A DNA stretch of 64,000 nucleotides from positions 135,866 to 199,865 of the IMG/VR virus record IMGVR_UViG_3300032753_000003. One strand, given 5' to 3'. Source of the DNA: a virus. The translations under genes and the position numbers were made by a program. The notes under the pieces are model-generated. The model was not told where the DNA came from and did not search any database. It saw nothing but the letters and a program-made list of their open reading frames with translations. This document shows, piece by piece, positions 8,157-19,100 of this stretch. The stretch's first letter is position 1, and every line of letters starts with the position of its first letter.

Positions 8157-11100
8157 TCAAGCCCATGTTCCAACACTGGTATTACCGCCGCCTATAGAAA
8201 CTGGTGAGATGTACATCCTGCTCAGCGCACCAACTGTAACTGTTCCTGGATTTCCACTCCATCCTAGTTCTGGTATAAAAGTACCACCACTTGCGCCAAC
8301 ATCAACCATTCCAAATAGCGTAAAAGATAAAGGAGTACCTGCGGCGGGTTGTCCTGCACCACCAGCTGCTGTTATATTAACCCCAGTTGAAAAGTTAGAT
8401 GTTATGGTATTGTCTAAGTTCTCCCCGTTAATGGTTGCAGTTCCCAATGCTGCAATAAACGTTGTGATCTGATAATTGACTTGTGTTAGTGTAGCATTGC
8501 CACCCCATGCTATATTTGGAGAAACGCCGCCGGCTGAGTTAGATGCATTAGCAATGATTGTAAACTGGTAACGTGTGTTAGCAGTAAGTGTCACACCTAC
8601 TCCAAATATACTACTTACTGCGCCACTACCAGGTGTATATGTTCTATTGGAGTTGAGCACGTAATATTGATTTACAGGTATAACACCTCTCTGTAATCCA
8701 CTTGGTGTAGCATAGAATACTGTGCCGTCATAGTTAACTACACCAGCTTGTGTTGGGTTTAGCAGTGCTGATGCTGAGGTAAATTTGAGAGGATATTGAG
8801 ATGCAGTTCCTGCACTCAATGTTACGGATTGAGCATAAACATTACCCTGTATTCCAACACCTCCTGCTACAGTCAATGCACCAGTTGATGTGCTGATAGA
8901 TGTGTTGGTAGATGATACACTTACATTTTGACCAAATGCACCATAAACATTGCTAACAAGTGTGTTAACGGTTGCTGTACCTATACCTTGTATAGTGGTG
9001 TTACTGATCAAACTGTTGACTTGTGCAGCACCTGTACTATTCAACGTAGCAGTGGTAGTGTTAGCATTACTGACCAATGATGCAACAGTAGTTTGTCCTG
9101 TACTCTGCAGGTTTGTAGCAACTACATTGGTATTGCTGTTCAAACTTTGTACTAGCGTAGTACCGCTGCTCTGTAATGAAGTAAATGTACCAGCTGTACC
9201 GGTTACTGAAGTTCCGCTAATTGCACCATTACTGACCAATGATGCAACAGTAGTTTGTCCGGTGCTGTTTAGATTAGTAGTGGTAATGTTTGTGTTGTTA
9301 ACAATACTATTGATCGTAGCTTGACCGCTCGAAATTAAAGTTGCAGTTTGTACAACACCGTTGCTGATTAATGAATTAGTTAATGTCTGTCCGCTGCTCT
9401 GAACACTTGTTACTGTGAGTGCAGTTCCAGATATAGACCCATTGCTGGTCAATGTTCCAGATATTGATGCACCTGCTATATTCAGCGACTGTGCAAATAT
9501 GCTAGAATTGCTGAATAGCGTTTGAGCAACAACTCCAGATGCAGCTTGTATTGTGCTATTGCTTGTGATAGCACCGGCTAGTACTGAACTACTACCAACA
9601 ACAGCAGGCGCACTTACTACAACATTACCAAACACAGAATTAGCTATTACGCTAGTTGCTGCCTGCACAATACTATTGCTATAAAGAGCACTAACAATAC
9701 CACTACCGCTAGCTACTAGAGTGACGCTAGATACAGAGGTGTTTGATACTATGCTGTTTATTAACGCAGTTGATCCTTGGAAACTACCACTGTAAATGGT
9801 TGTTGCCTGTATTGAGCTGTTGCTTACCAAACTTGCTACAGATGCAAGGCCTGTGCTGTTTAGATTGGATGCCACTACATCTGTATTACTGACTAACCTA
9901 TTGACCTGAGCATAGTTGGTAACATTTAAGAACTGAGATGTAGTCATAACGTTGCTGATCAAACTGGCTACAGTTACAGCACCTTCGCTTTGTATGGTAC
10001 CGTTGCTAATGATGCTGGCAAATTGTGCTGCACCAGTTCCGTTAATAGTTGATGCAGTTATGCTGGCATTGCTGACTAGATTCTGAGTTATTATAGTATC
10101 TATGCTCTGTATACCGGCGTTGGCAATCAAACTGTTTACAGTAGCAGCGCCTGCTGTCTGCAATGTGTTTGTATTGACATTGAGATTGCTAGTCAGTTGA
10201 TTGACTGTTACTGCCCCTGCTACATTAAGCGATTGTGTAAATGCGCCAGCATTTACAACTAGGCTATTAACTCTAGCATAGTTAGCGACGCTTATGTTGG
10301 TGGCAAATCCTGCATCGCTGCCAACACTCAAACCGTTTAGCACACCAAGACTTGTGATATTAGGTTGGCTAGCTTGTGAGATAGTGCCATTCAAGTTGGT
10401 TACAGTTACACTGGTACCATTGAAGTTGCTTGCTGTAACATTACCTGTAGCAGACACAGCACCATTTACTTGTACTTTGGTAATACCATCATCAGCGCCG
10501 CCAAATATCCAGCGACCACCTGTAACGAATCCAGCTATATTTGAACTGGTTGTACCATCAGTATGGAACACTAACTTTTTGCCAGTAGTCTGTGTTCCAA
10601 CAGTTAAATTACCACCGTTTATATAGAGGTAGCCGTCGAGAGCATGACCAATGCTGTATGCAACTTGATTGTAATTGCTGCTGTTAATACCAAAGTCAAT
10701 GTAATAGTTACTATCATCACCAATATCTGCCGTAGCTATATAATCAGTACTTGCATTGGTACCATTATTTAGGTTTTGATTGTTGAGCTGTTGACTGGTA
10801 TTGTCACTACTAGCAACCTGAATTGGCGCGTTAGTAAAATAATTAGGTGGCTGTATGCCAACCAATAGATTACCAGTTACATATGCAAATTGCGTTGTGC
10901 TAGTATATGCCGCAGTGACATTGTTAACATTTAGGTCTTTGTTGAGATTCCAGCTATCATTCAATTGAGTGTATATAAGACTTGCGGCAAACCCATCGCT
11001 ACCCAACACAAATCCGCCGCCATCCATTGCGCTTGTTGATACTGCACCGTTGGCTGCATAAATGGTCTTGTCAGCAACATTTAAAGTGGTAGCCTCTGAC

Positions 11101-12041
11101 GATGTTACATTGCCAGTGACTGTTAAATTGCCAACGGTGAGATTTTTAAACTGTGGACTGCTGGTGGTTGCTATGCTTTGTGGCAAGCTAAGAGTAACTG
11201 CACCACTTAGGTTAGTAACTGATACTTGATTGGTTGTACCAGTTATGCTGATAATACCTGTGTTGTCTATGGATACACTATATCCTGCTCCCGGTACAAC
11301 TGAGATGCCTGTGCCAGCTGTTATGGTGCTTACACCTGCGGTTTGTATGTTGCTACCATCAGGCAATACTATTCCTTTGGTTGCGATCGTGTCTCCTAAA
11401 AATTGAGAAGTGCCACTTATTTGAGTGTGGCCGTAAGTGATCAAACTGCCGTGTGTTATGGTATTACCGTATGCAAGAAGATTACCGTATGCAATAGCAT
11501 CGCCGCGACTGACGATAGCACCTGTGCTAATAATAGCGCCGGTTACATTTAGGTTACTGTTGATTGTAACATTGCTCGAAATGTTAAACGTAACACCTTC
11601 GGCACTCATGCTCACGATGTTGGCAACCACGTTGCTGCCAATTGGAGTCGTCCAAAATTCTATCCTAGACCCTCTAGTAGTACCAGTTTGATTTTCACTG
11701 CTTACCATATCTATTCTAGCGGTGCTGTATGCAGCATAACCCGGTCCATTGTTTGGTCCACCGCTGGTAGCATAGGGATTGGCACCAAATCTAGCTATGA
11801 TATCTCCCGGTCCGTATGCAAGAGGAACCTCAGCAGTACCGTTAGCACTGCGACCTATGAACGCAGAATAAGTTCTCGAACCATAACTGTCTGTATATAC
11901 CCTAGCGTTGCTAGCATCATTACCAACTAGTTGTAGCATTACACCTGTATTATACGGAGCAACATAACTACCTGTTTGATTTCCTATTATACTCACAGCC
12001 GATTGTAGAGGACTTAATGATACATTGCTTCTAACAAACAA
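8157..12041 (-). CDS. Long S/T/N/V-rich tail fibre protein (true N-terminus lies upstream, across a frameshift)
   Basis: 1294 aa of beta-repeat composition; TGALTVAGGVGI motif; same frame stays open upstream to ~12155. Confidence 0.75.
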   Translation of the reverse strand: MFVRSNVSLSPLQSAVSIIGNQTGSYVAPYNTGVMLQLVGNDASNARVYTDSYGSRTYSAFIGRSANGTAEVPLAYGPGDIIARFGANPYATSGGPNNGPGYAAYSTARIDMVSSENQTGTTRGSRIEFWTTPIGSNVVANIVSMSAEGVTFNISSNVTINSNLNVTGAIISTGAIVSRGDAIAYGNLLAYGNTITHGSLITYGHTQISGTSQFLGDTIATKGIVLPDGSNIQTAGVSTITAGTGISVVPGAGYSVSIDNTGIISITGTTNQVSVTNLSGAVTLSLPQSIATTSSPQFKNLTVGNLTVTGNVTSSEATTLNVADKTIYAANGAVSTSAMDGGGFVLGSDGFAASLIYTQLNDSWNLNKDLNVNNVTAAYTSTTQFAYVTGNLLVGIQPPNYFTNAPIQVASSDNTSQQLNNQNLNNGTNASTDYIATADIGDDSNYYIDFGINSSNYNQVAYSIGHALDGYLYINGGNLTVGTQTTGKKLVFHTDGTTSSNIAGFVTGGRWIFGGADDGITKVQVNGAVSATGNVTASNFNGTSVTVTNLNGTISQASQPNITSLGVLNGLSVGSDAGFATNISVANYARVNSLVVNAGAFTQSLNVAGAVTVNQLTSNLNVNTNTLQTAGAATVNSLIANAGIQSIDTIITQNLVSNASITASTINGTGAAQFASIISNGTIQSEGAVTVASLISNVMTTSQFLNVTNYAQVNRLVSNTDVVASNLNSTGLASVASLVSNSSIQATTIYSGSFQGSTALINSIVSNTSVSSVTLVASGSGIVSALYSNSIVQAATSVIANSVFGNVVVSAPAVVGSSSVLAGAITSNSTIQAASGVVAQTLFSNSSIFAQSLNIAGASISGTLTSNGSISGTALTVTSVQSSGQTLTNSLISNGVVQTATLISSGQATINSIVNNTNITTTNLNSTGQTTVASLVSNGAISGTSVTGTAGTFTSLQSSGTTLVQSLNSNTNVVATNLQSTGQTTVASLVSNANTTTATLNSTGAAQVNSLISNTTIQGIGTATVNTLVSNVYGAFGQNVSVSSTNTSISTSTGALTVAGGVGIQGNVYAQSVTLSAGTASQYPLKFTSASALLNPTQAGVVNYDGTVFYATPSGLQRGVIPVNQYYVLNSNRTYTPGSGAVSSIFGVGVTLTANTRYQFTIIANASNSAGGVSPNIAWGGNATLTQVNYQITTFIAALGTATINGENLDNTITSNFSTGVNITAAGGAGQPAAGTPLSFTLFGMVDVGASGGTFIPELGWSGNPGTVTVGALSRMYISPVSIGGGNTSVGTWA

Positions 12042-12147
12042 TGTTCCTATTGGATCAAGTTGGAACGTATCAAACGTACCACTGTTACCTCGAACTGCAA
12101 ATCCGCCTCTGGTAATTGTTATTAGATTGCCAGAACTAACATTTATT

Positions 12148-12294
12148 TCAGTTGCTCATTACTATTGAGCCAGATCCTACATATAGATTGCCAAAAGTAT
12201 TTGTTGGAGATCCTAGAGATAAAATATTGCTCGATGGGACGATATCACCCGTGGTGGTCGTCTCGCCAATAAGTTTATTAGTGATATAGCTCAT
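12148..12294 (-). pseudogene. N-terminal fragment of the fibre gene, separated from the main ORF by a +1 frameshift
   Basis: ATG 1 nt after the stop of the upstream gene; reads MSYITNKLIGETTTTGDIVPSSNILSLGSPTNTFGNLYVGSGSIVMSN*. Confidence 0.65.
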
Positions 12295-12295
12295 G

Positions 12296-15055
12296 TTATA
12301 TGATGCTCCAATTGCTGTTACCGGTGTATACCAAAGTGTAACTGTTATAATTAGCGGTGAGGCTTATTGAACTATCACCATCGATGGTATCTAAGCCTGC
12401 CGGTGTAATGTTGATGTTGTATGTACCCGCTTGTCCTGCAGTGTCTTTTATGATAAGTTGCGCACCCAGCGTAACACTAGATGATGTAGCAAGCGTTATG
12501 CTGCATGGTCCAGGACCACTGTAATTTACAGCTAGGAATCTATCAGTTGACACACAGGAATAACTGGATCCAGTTACAGGTGTTATGTTGGATGTGCCAT
12601 TGGCTGTGATTTGTTTAGTTCCGTCTGGGAATATTATACCAGTACCTGCTGACGGTAAGGTTATACCCGAAGTATCAACATTGGCTACAATATTTGGATA
12701 AAGACTGCCAACAGGTGTTGCTGCAAATACTATCCTAGTAGGTATACTAGTATCAGTTGCGTTTGCTAATAAGTTAAACTCTATATATGCCGGCGCAACA
12801 GTCGTTGGTGCAAACCCATAGGTTGGAGTATAAACTCCTGAACTGACTCGCACTATTGCTCCTGCAGGTGTAGCACTTGGTGATAATGCAGTGCCGCCTG
12901 CATGTCGACCTGTAAATGCCGAGATCACACCGCTAGAACCATAGCTATCGTTAATCACTCTGCTAGAAATGCCATCATGACCAGTTATTTGTAGCATACC
13001 TCCCAAGTTAGTTGGAGGTTGATAATACGGACCATTGTTTCCTACTATGTTAACAACACTTGAATGATCGGGATTTTGATATGAAGTAGATATGTAAACT
13101 TGACCTAATCTGTTGGTACTGAATACTACATTGCCAGAGTTGTTAGTAACTTGAAGGCTGCGATTGATCACAACATTAGCTGTACTATTAACACGTCCTA
13201 TGCTGATATCAACATTACCACTTGCGCTTTGGATAACACTGTCTGACATCTGTATGTCGCCAACTATCAAACTGTTATCTCTGAACGTGGCATTAACTAC
13301 AGCAGTATTACCACCTGTGGGAACTGTTAGTATTTGTACCATCGATCCCATGTTGGTAGTTGAAAAATTCTCAGTAGCTATTACTTGTATTGCGCTGCTA
13401 TTGTTTGTACCAAACCCAACTCCATTGTAACCTTGAGCAACAAACGTACCGAGAGTTTGTCCGGACAATATTGCAGTTGGTGCAGAACTAAATCCACCAA
13501 AACGTCTCATGGCTATGGTACCAGATTCGTCAGTGGGCGCATCACCGTATGCATCTATCAACATGGTTGTGGGATATTGGTCTTGACTTTGTATGCGGAA
13601 TGCTACACCTGGTATATTTGGTGGATAAAGAGTGCTCACAGCCGGAGCTTGCACAAAGGTGTTGCCTTGCATGATTATAGCACCAGTACCATTTGGAGCT
13701 ATAACAATGTTGCCATTTGGATCAGTTCCCGAGATAGTCTGATCAGTTATAACTATATTTCCGGTGGTTGCAGCAGCACCAGTTGGACCAATTATCTTAC
13801 CAACGTCTACCCATGTTGACCCGTTCCAAACCCAGAGGTCTCCTGTATCTTCTACTATTTCACCGTCGCCAATGTCACCGCCATATCCAGCTGGTAGATC
13901 TGCAGATGTTGGAACACTGCCAACTATTCTAACTGATTGACCTGCAGCACCTGTTGAACCAGTGGCACCAGCAGTGCCTGCAGCACCAGTTGGACCAGTT
14001 ACTGTGCTTGCAGCACCAGTTGATCCTGTTGGACCTGTAGAACCTCTTGATCCTGTTGGACCTATAACACCAGTTGGTCCAATTGAACCAGTTGGTCCAA
14101 CCGGACCTGTAGAACCAGGCGCACCTGTAACACCAGTTGATCCTGTTGCACCTGCAGTACCTGCAGCACCAGTTGGACCGGTTATTGTACTAGCAGCACC
14201 TGGGAAACCTTGTGGTCCGGTTGCGCCTGTATAACCAGTTGGTCCCGTTGGTCCAGTTGGACCTGTAGCACCTGTATTAGTAGCAAATCCGGGCGCACCA
14301 GTTGGACCAGTTATTGTGCTAGCTGCACCTGTTGGACCTATAATAGGTCCAACATTTGTCCATGTTGAACCTGTCCAAACCCAGAGATTGCCGGTACTAG
14401 AATCTATTTCGCCATCGCCAGTTGGACCTGTGTAACCAGTTGGATATCCAGGTAAATTGGTATATCCATTAACACTACCAACTACATTAACGCTGGTACC
14501 GGCAGGACCTGTTGATCCAGTAAATCCAGTTGGACCCGTTGGTCCGGTTGCACCAGTTAATCCAGTTGCACCCGTGGCACCTGTTGAACCTGTAGCGCCT
14601 GTATTGGTAGCATAACCTGGTATACCTGTTGGACCAATTGAACCAGTTGGGCCTGTTAGTCCTGTAGCACCGATACTACCTGTTGGACCAACTATTGGGC
14701 CTACATTTGTCCATACAGATCCTGTCCAAACCCAGAGATTTCCAGTATCTGCTGTGATTTCACCATCACCTATATTACCACCATAACCTGTTGGTAAATT
14801 ACTAGAACTTGGTACGCTTCCCACTATGACAACGGATTGTCCTGGTGCACCAGTTGGTCCAGTAAATCCGGTAGGACCTGTTGATCCAGTAGCACCAGTA
14901 TTGGTTGATGATCCTGCTGGCCCTGTAGGACCTTGCGGACCAATAACCGCAGTGTATATGCTGATCTGATCGTTGTTGATATAAAGGTTACCGCTTATAT
15001 AAACATTGCTGTTTATAAAAAGCTGTTCGTCGCTGCTGTTTTGGAATGTAGACAT
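12296..15055 (-). CDS. Collagen-like (Gly-Pro-Thr) tail fibre protein
   Basis: Long GxT triplet runs interrupted by three copies of GSV...LP.GY.G..GDGEI...[12 protein letters not shown]-terminal half paralogous to the neighbouring fibre; ATAAATA 5 nt upstream of ATG. Confidence 0.85.
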   Translation of the reverse strand: MSTFQNSSDEQLFINSNVYISGNLYINNDQISIYTAVIGPQGPTGPAGSSTNTGATGSTGPTGFTGPTGAPGQSVVIVGSVPSSSNLPTGYGGNIGDGEITADTGNLWVWTGSVWTNVGPIVGPTGSIGATGLTGPTGSIGPTGIPGYATNTGATGSTGATGATGLTGATGPTGPTGFTGSTGPAGTSVNVVGSVNGYTNLPGYPTGYTGPTGDGEIDSSTGNLWVWTGSTWTNVGPIIGPTGAASTITGPTGAPGFATNTGATGPTGPTGPTGYTGATGPQGFPGAASTITGPTGAAGTAGATGSTGVTGAPGSTGPVGPTGSIGPTGVIGPTGSRGSTGPTGSTGAASTVTGPTGAAGTAGATGSTGAAGQSVRIVGSVPTSADLPAGYGGDIGDGEIVEDTGDLWVWNGSTWVDVGKIIGPTGAAATTGNIVITDQTISGTDPNGNIVIAPNGTGAIIMQGNTFVQAPAVSTLYPPNIPGVAFRIQSQDQYPTTMLIDAYGDAPTDESGTIAMRRFGGFSSAPTAILSGQTLGTFVAQGYNGVGFGTNNSSAIQVIATENFSTTNMGSMVQILTVPTGGNTAVVNATFRDNSLIVGDIQMSDSVIQSASGNVDISIGRVNSTANVVINRSLQVTNNSGNVVFSTNRLGQVYISTSYQNPDHSSVVNIVGNNGPYYQPPTNLGGMLQITGHDGISSRVINDSYGSSGVISAFTGRHAGGTALSPSATPAGAIVRVSSGVYTPTYGFAPTTVAPAYIEFNLLANATDTSIPTRIVFAATPVGSLYPNIVANVDTSGITLPSAGTGIIFPDGTKQITANGTSNITPVTGSSYSCVSTDRFLAVNYSGPGPCSITLATSSSVTLGAQLIIKDTAGQAGTYNINITPAGLDTIDGDSSISLTANYNSYTLVYTGNSNWSII

Positions 15056-15151
15056 GCTGTTATTTATTATGTGGAGCTGCCAGAAAGACGCATATGATAA
15101 CTTGAGTTAATGTTGACACATATAAACAAATATGATAAATTAATTAACTAG

Positions 15152-15229
15152 CCCCACATAGCTCAGCTGGACAGAGCGCAGGTTTCCTAAACCTGAGGTC
15201 GGCGTGTTCGAATCACCCTGTGGGGACCA
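15152..15229 (+). tRNA. tRNA-Arg(CCT)
   Basis: CCCCACA/TGTGGGG acceptor, loop TTCCTAA, TTCGAAT, CCA; TTGACA promoter at 15113. Confidence 0.92.
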
Positions 15230-15289
15230 AAGTTTCTTAAAGTATTCTTTGGTATTTGAATAAAAATTCATTAAATTTAAAAATTTCAC

Positions 15290-15318
15290 TTGCATTAATA
15301 ATTGGACGGTTATATAGT
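15290..15318 (+). promoter_or_regulatory. Sigma70-type promoter of the porin gene
   Basis: TTGCAT-N17-TATAGT with AT-rich upstream element. Confidence 0.55.
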
Positions 15319-15381
15319 TTGCATACAAGGAAATGACTCCTTGAGTGTATTTTTACTGACTCAAACAACGGAAACAGACAT

Positions 15382-15939
15382 ATGAAGAACACGTTTTTGT
15401 CACTTATCGCCGTCTTTGGAATGACTTCTGCGGCTGTTGCTGCTGATCTTCCAACCAATAAGGGCCTTCCTCCGGCTCCAACTGTTAATAACAGTACATC
15501 CGGCTGGTATGTTGGCGGCAATGCTGATCTCAACGCTGTAAACAACCCAGCATTTGGCGATAGCCAGACTGGTTTTGGTGCAGTAGCAGGTTATGAGTTT
15601 AACCCTTGGCTACGCGGCGAAGCTGACTTCAACTATTGGTTCAAGTCCCCAAACAGCAACGTTGGATCTGGTCAGGCTCTAACTGCTAACGCAATTGTCC
15701 AGTCTCCCGTGCAGTTCTATCGCATTACACCATACGCTCTAGTAGGTGTTGGTTCTGGATGGAACGGTATGGGTAATGCTAGCGGAAATGCGCAGGCCAT
15801 TTACAACCTTGGACTTGGTGCTCGTTATGCACTAACCAACCGAGTTGATCTTGATGCTCGTTATACTCAAGTTAATGCCTGGCAGAATAGCAATACTCAG
15901 GCTGATCAGTTTACGATTGGAGCAGAGTTCAAGTTCTAA
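15382..15939 (+). CDS. Outer-membrane beta-barrel protein (Omp25/RopB-like)
   Basis: Signal peptide followed by AADLP, SGWYVGG, GYEF...RGEADF, terminal aromatic beta-signal (EFKF). Confidence 0.85.
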   Translation: MKNTFLSLIAVFGMTSAAVAADLPTNKGLPPAPTVNNSTSGWYVGGNADLNAVNNPAFGDSQTGFGAVAGYEFNPWLRGEADFNYWFKSPNSNVGSGQALTANAIVQSPVQFYRITPYALVGVGSGWNGMGNASGNAQAIYNLGLGARYALTNRVDLDARYTQVNAWQNSNTQADQFTIGAEFKF

Positions 15940-15967
15940 TACTAGAACTTACTGCTAGGTCAAATAC

Positions 15968-15997
15968 AAGAGAGATAGCTGAGCTATCTCTCTTTTT
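15968..15997 (+). terminator. Intrinsic terminator
   Basis: AAGAGAGATAGC-TGA-GCTATCTCTCTT followed by TTT. Confidence 0.8.
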
Positions 15998-16050
15998 CTA
16001 TTGTTTATAGCTCAAATATCTATTACAATAATCAGAAAGAAGATAATTCA

Positions 16051-16590
16051 ATGGACATATTCATATCAAATATAAAAGACGTCCCTAGCATGATAGATCA
16101 GCATGGCATTACGCATGTACTCACAGTAATCACAATTTATGAAATAGATTATGTCAAGCCCAAGCTACCAGCTAGCTTCGATAAAAACAACTGGTTGTTC
16201 CTAAACATGGATGATGTCATCGATGCCGACGTACCATTGGCACCACAAAAAGAACAAGTAGCACAGATATTAGAATGGGGGCGATCATTGCCCGCAGATG
16301 CCAAAGTACTTGTGCATTGTTTCGCTGGGGTCAGTAGGTCTACAGCCAGTGCATTGGCTTTGAAGGTTCAGGAACTTGGAGTAGACAAGCTTGACGAGTG
16401 CATCGAATGGCTAGTTAATCATCGCCCTATTGCTTGCCCAAATCCAGTAATAACTAAACATGCAGACGAACTGTTATGTGCTAACGGATTGCTGCATCAA
16501 AAAGCCGAAGCGGTTGCATCGGCTAAGCTTATTAAAGGATTTGGTACAGACTGGAAGAATCATATTGAAAGAACTCACTTAAAGGAATGA
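16051..16590 (+). CDS. Cys-dependent (PTP/dual-specificity family) phosphatase
   Basis: VHCFAGVSRS (CX5R) motif, upstream general-acid D, PNP motif. Confidence 0.85.
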   Translation: MDIFISNIKDVPSMIDQHGITHVLTVITIYEIDYVKPKLPASFDKNNWLFLNMDDVIDADVPLAPQKEQVAQILEWGRSLPADAKVLVHCFAGVSRSTASALALKVQELGVDKLDECIEWLVNHRPIACPNPVITKHADELLCANGLLHQKAEAVASAKLIKGFGTDWKNHIERTHLKE

Positions 16591-16603
16591 TGAAAGGACG
16601 TTC

Positions 16604-17248
16604 ATGTCAGACCCTTTTGAAGATTTAGCAGCTACCATTAAACCAAAAACAACAGATATATGGGGATTGAAATTCTTCCCGGATCTAGAACCAGATACTC
16701 CCAACACCCAAGACCATCCAAACTGCGGTTGGATATCTAGACAAGAAGTTACTGATTGCAATATCGAAGTAGTTAGAAATATAGTCAAAGATCTTGGAGA
16801 TAGATTGAAGACTGTTGTTGAGATAGGCGTCAACAGAAATGGAGAACGCAGCATGAGTAGGATACTCATGGATGAGCGCCCTAAAGGTAGCTATTATCTC
16901 GGAATAGATATAGAAGATAAGAGCTATCTAGATGATCCAGAATCTAATACTTGGACCATTAAGTGCAATAGCATGGAACAAGATTTGATTAGGAATTTTA
17001 TGAGTGGTATTGGAATCAAAGAGATAGATTTGCTTTTTATTGATGGAGATCATTCTGTCAATGCATGTGTCAACGATTGGCGCTATTCAGATATGTTAAG
17101 CGCACACGGCATAGTTATTCTTCACGATACCAACAGTCATCCCGGATGTGTTGCACTGTTTCAAGCTGTAGATGAGAATTTGTTTGATAAGGAAAGATCA
17201 TGCTTAGAGGATGACTTTGGTATAGCAGTATTTAGGAGGAAGTCATGA
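16604..17248 (+). CDS. Class I SAM-dependent methyltransferase (Methyltransf_24-like)
   Basis: VEIGV...GIDI...DLLFIDGDHS...GIVILHD. Confidence 0.8.
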   Translation: MSDPFEDLAATIKPKTTDIWGLKFFPDLEPDTPNTQDHPNCGWISRQEVTDCNIEVVRNIVKDLGDRLKTVVEIGVNRNGERSMSRILMDERPKGSYYLGIDIEDKSYLDDPESNTWTIKCNSMEQDLIRNFMSGIGIKEIDLLFIDGDHSVNACVNDWRYSDMLSAHGIVILHDTNSHPGCVALFQAVDENLFDKERSCLEDDFGIAVFRRKS

Positions 17249-17988
17249 ATACAAATCACATGGACCTGTTGATCAATCCAACCGGACATAATATGAATGT
17301 AATGGCCGAGAGGTTCATGCACGTAATCAATAAGATTAATCCAGCTGAGATCAAAGTATTATTAGAAATAGGCAGCATGGACGCTTGGGAAAGCGCGAAT
17401 ATGGCAAGAGTGTTTACTGATGCACATATTCATTGTTTTGAACCAGTAGCTTATAACTTTGGTCAGTGTAGAGCTAGAATAGCTGAACAGCCGTCTGATA
17501 TATCCAACCGCATACACTTGCACAATATCGCAATGAACGATGCTACAGGTCCTATGGAATTTTGGGAATTGGATATAGAAGCTGCTAGTATAAAGAAACT
17601 TAATCATGGTATTGCTAGTAAGTTTAAGTTAATTGATCCAGATATGTGGCCATGGGAACATAACCAACAGAGAATGGTTACTGTAGAGGGTTGGCGATTA
17701 GACGACTGGTGCAACGCTAATAACATAGCTCGCGTTGACGGAATATGGATGGATGCACAGGGCGCTGAGTTAGATATATTAAAGGGTGCAGGCACAGTCT
17801 TGAACGGTATACAGTTTGTAATGACTGAAGCAGGACTCAAACCTTACTATCACGGACATACTATGAAGTCTGATATGGATGCCTATATGGCAGGATTTGG
17901 ATTTACTGAGTGGAAACCAGCAACTGTAAAGGCTCATGAATTTGAAGTAGATCTAATATATCTCAATACCAATCTAGTAAATTTTTAA
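17245..17988 (+). CDS. FkbM family methyltransferase
   Basis: LEIGS...HCFEP...RLDDW...IWMDAQGAELDILKGA...TE. Confidence 0.85.
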   Translation: MNTNHMDLLINPTGHNMNVMAERFMHVINKINPAEIKVLLEIGSMDAWESANMARVFTDAHIHCFEPVAYNFGQCRARIAEQPSDISNRIHLHNIAMNDATGPMEFWELDIEAASIKKLNHGIASKFKLIDPDMWPWEHNQQRMVTVEGWRLDDWCNANNIARVDGIWMDAQGAELDILKGAGTVLNGIQFVMTEAGLKPYYHGHTMKSDMDAYMAGFGFTEWKPATVKAHEFEVDLIYLNTNLVNF

Positions 17989-18065
17989 TTCAATTGACTT
18001 TTTACGATTAAATATCTTATAAACTAGTTAGAGCGCATACAACTCGATACATATAAGGAGAAGAC

Positions 18066-18431
18066 ATGTTCAACGCAATCAAGAGGCTGTTTGGATTCAA
18101 TACATCAACGCCTGCCTCATCAACAAACACTTCGTCAGAATTATCTACATCAACTGCCGAATCAGTAACCAATTCAACACCTGCTGTTACTACTTCTGCA
18201 TCAATAGAGTCCTATACACCGGTAGCGGAAGTAAAGGCAGAATCAGATACTGCTGTTAATAACACTGCTAAAACCAAGACAGCAAAGGCCCTGCGTAAGC
18301 CAAAGACTATTAAGTCTAATACTTCGGCTGTTATTACAAAGGAAATTGCAACATCTAGCAGTGGTACTGGATCTACAGCAACTAAGACCAAGCGTGCTGC
18401 TAAGTCAACAGCAAAGTCAACTGCAAGTTGA
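18066..18431 (+). CDS. Low-complexity Ser/Thr- and Lys/Ala-rich hypothetical protein
   Basis: AGGAG SD; 121 aa; basic C-terminus. Confidence 0.7.
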   Translation: MFNAIKRLFGFNTSTPASSTNTSSELSTSTAESVTNSTPAVTTSASIESYTPVAEVKAESDTAVNNTAKTKTAKALRKPKTIKSNTSAVITKEIATSSSGTGSTATKTKRAAKSTAKSTAS

Positions 18432-18456
18432 TTATTAAATTAATAATTTGATATTC

Positions 18457-18489
18457 AAGGGGCATGATTGATCAATCATGCCTCTTTTT
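18457..18489 (+). terminator. Intrinsic terminator
   Basis: AAGGGGCATGATTG/CAATCATGCCTCTT stem followed by T tract. Confidence 0.75.
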
Positions 18490-18511
18490 ATGAACGCCGG
18501 GAGACCTTACA

Positions 18512-18730
18512 ATGAAATACCTTTTGCCATTATTAACACCGTTTGTAATATTGATCTCTTTGATTATTTTAGATCTAATAGGATATATAGCTATTTCGCA
18601 TATTCTGTTTGTAACTATATCTATAGTAATCGTTGTGTTAAGTTATTGCATATATAAAGAACTTACCAAACCTAAAACTCTAGATCCCTATCAAGAATAC
18701 CTAGACGATCTTGCCAAAGGTAACGATTGA
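18512..18730 (+). CDS. Small membrane protein
   Basis: Two hydrophobic segments, GGAG SD. Confidence 0.6.
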   Translation: MKYLLPLLTPFVILISLIILDLIGYIAISHILFVTISIVIVVLSYCIYKELTKPKTLDPYQEYLDDLAKGND

Positions 18731-18777
18731 TATTTTTGCAAATTCTGCTATTATATAGCAGCAAAGGAGAATTTTAG

Positions 18778-19080
18778 ATGCAGAAGATCACAGCTGATCT
18801 AAGTGAATTGCCAAGACAATTTGGTCCAGATATTGTTGCTGGACGAGTGGAAACTGGACCATTGGTAATCAACGATGATTGGCCGGGTGTATTCATTAGA
18901 GGCGACAATGCTGCATGGTATGCTATGCAATTGAACATACTGATGAGCAATTTGCCAGACACAATTGATGTGTTTACTAGATCTAGCATCAATGGGCTAA
19001 TTTCTACATTAGAAAGCTGTTTGGTTAAATCCAATATAAATCAAGATACTGACAATTTTGACGACTCAGTTGGATGTTAA
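18778..19080 (+). CDS. Hypothetical protein
   Basis: AAGGAG SD, 100 aa. Confidence 0.7.
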   Translation: MQKITADLSELPRQFGPDIVAGRVETGPLVINDDWPGVFIRGDNAAWYAMQLNILMSNLPDTIDVFTRSSINGLISTLESCLVKSNINQDTDNFDDSVGC

Positions 19081-19100
19081 ATTCCAAAGGATCATTTGAA

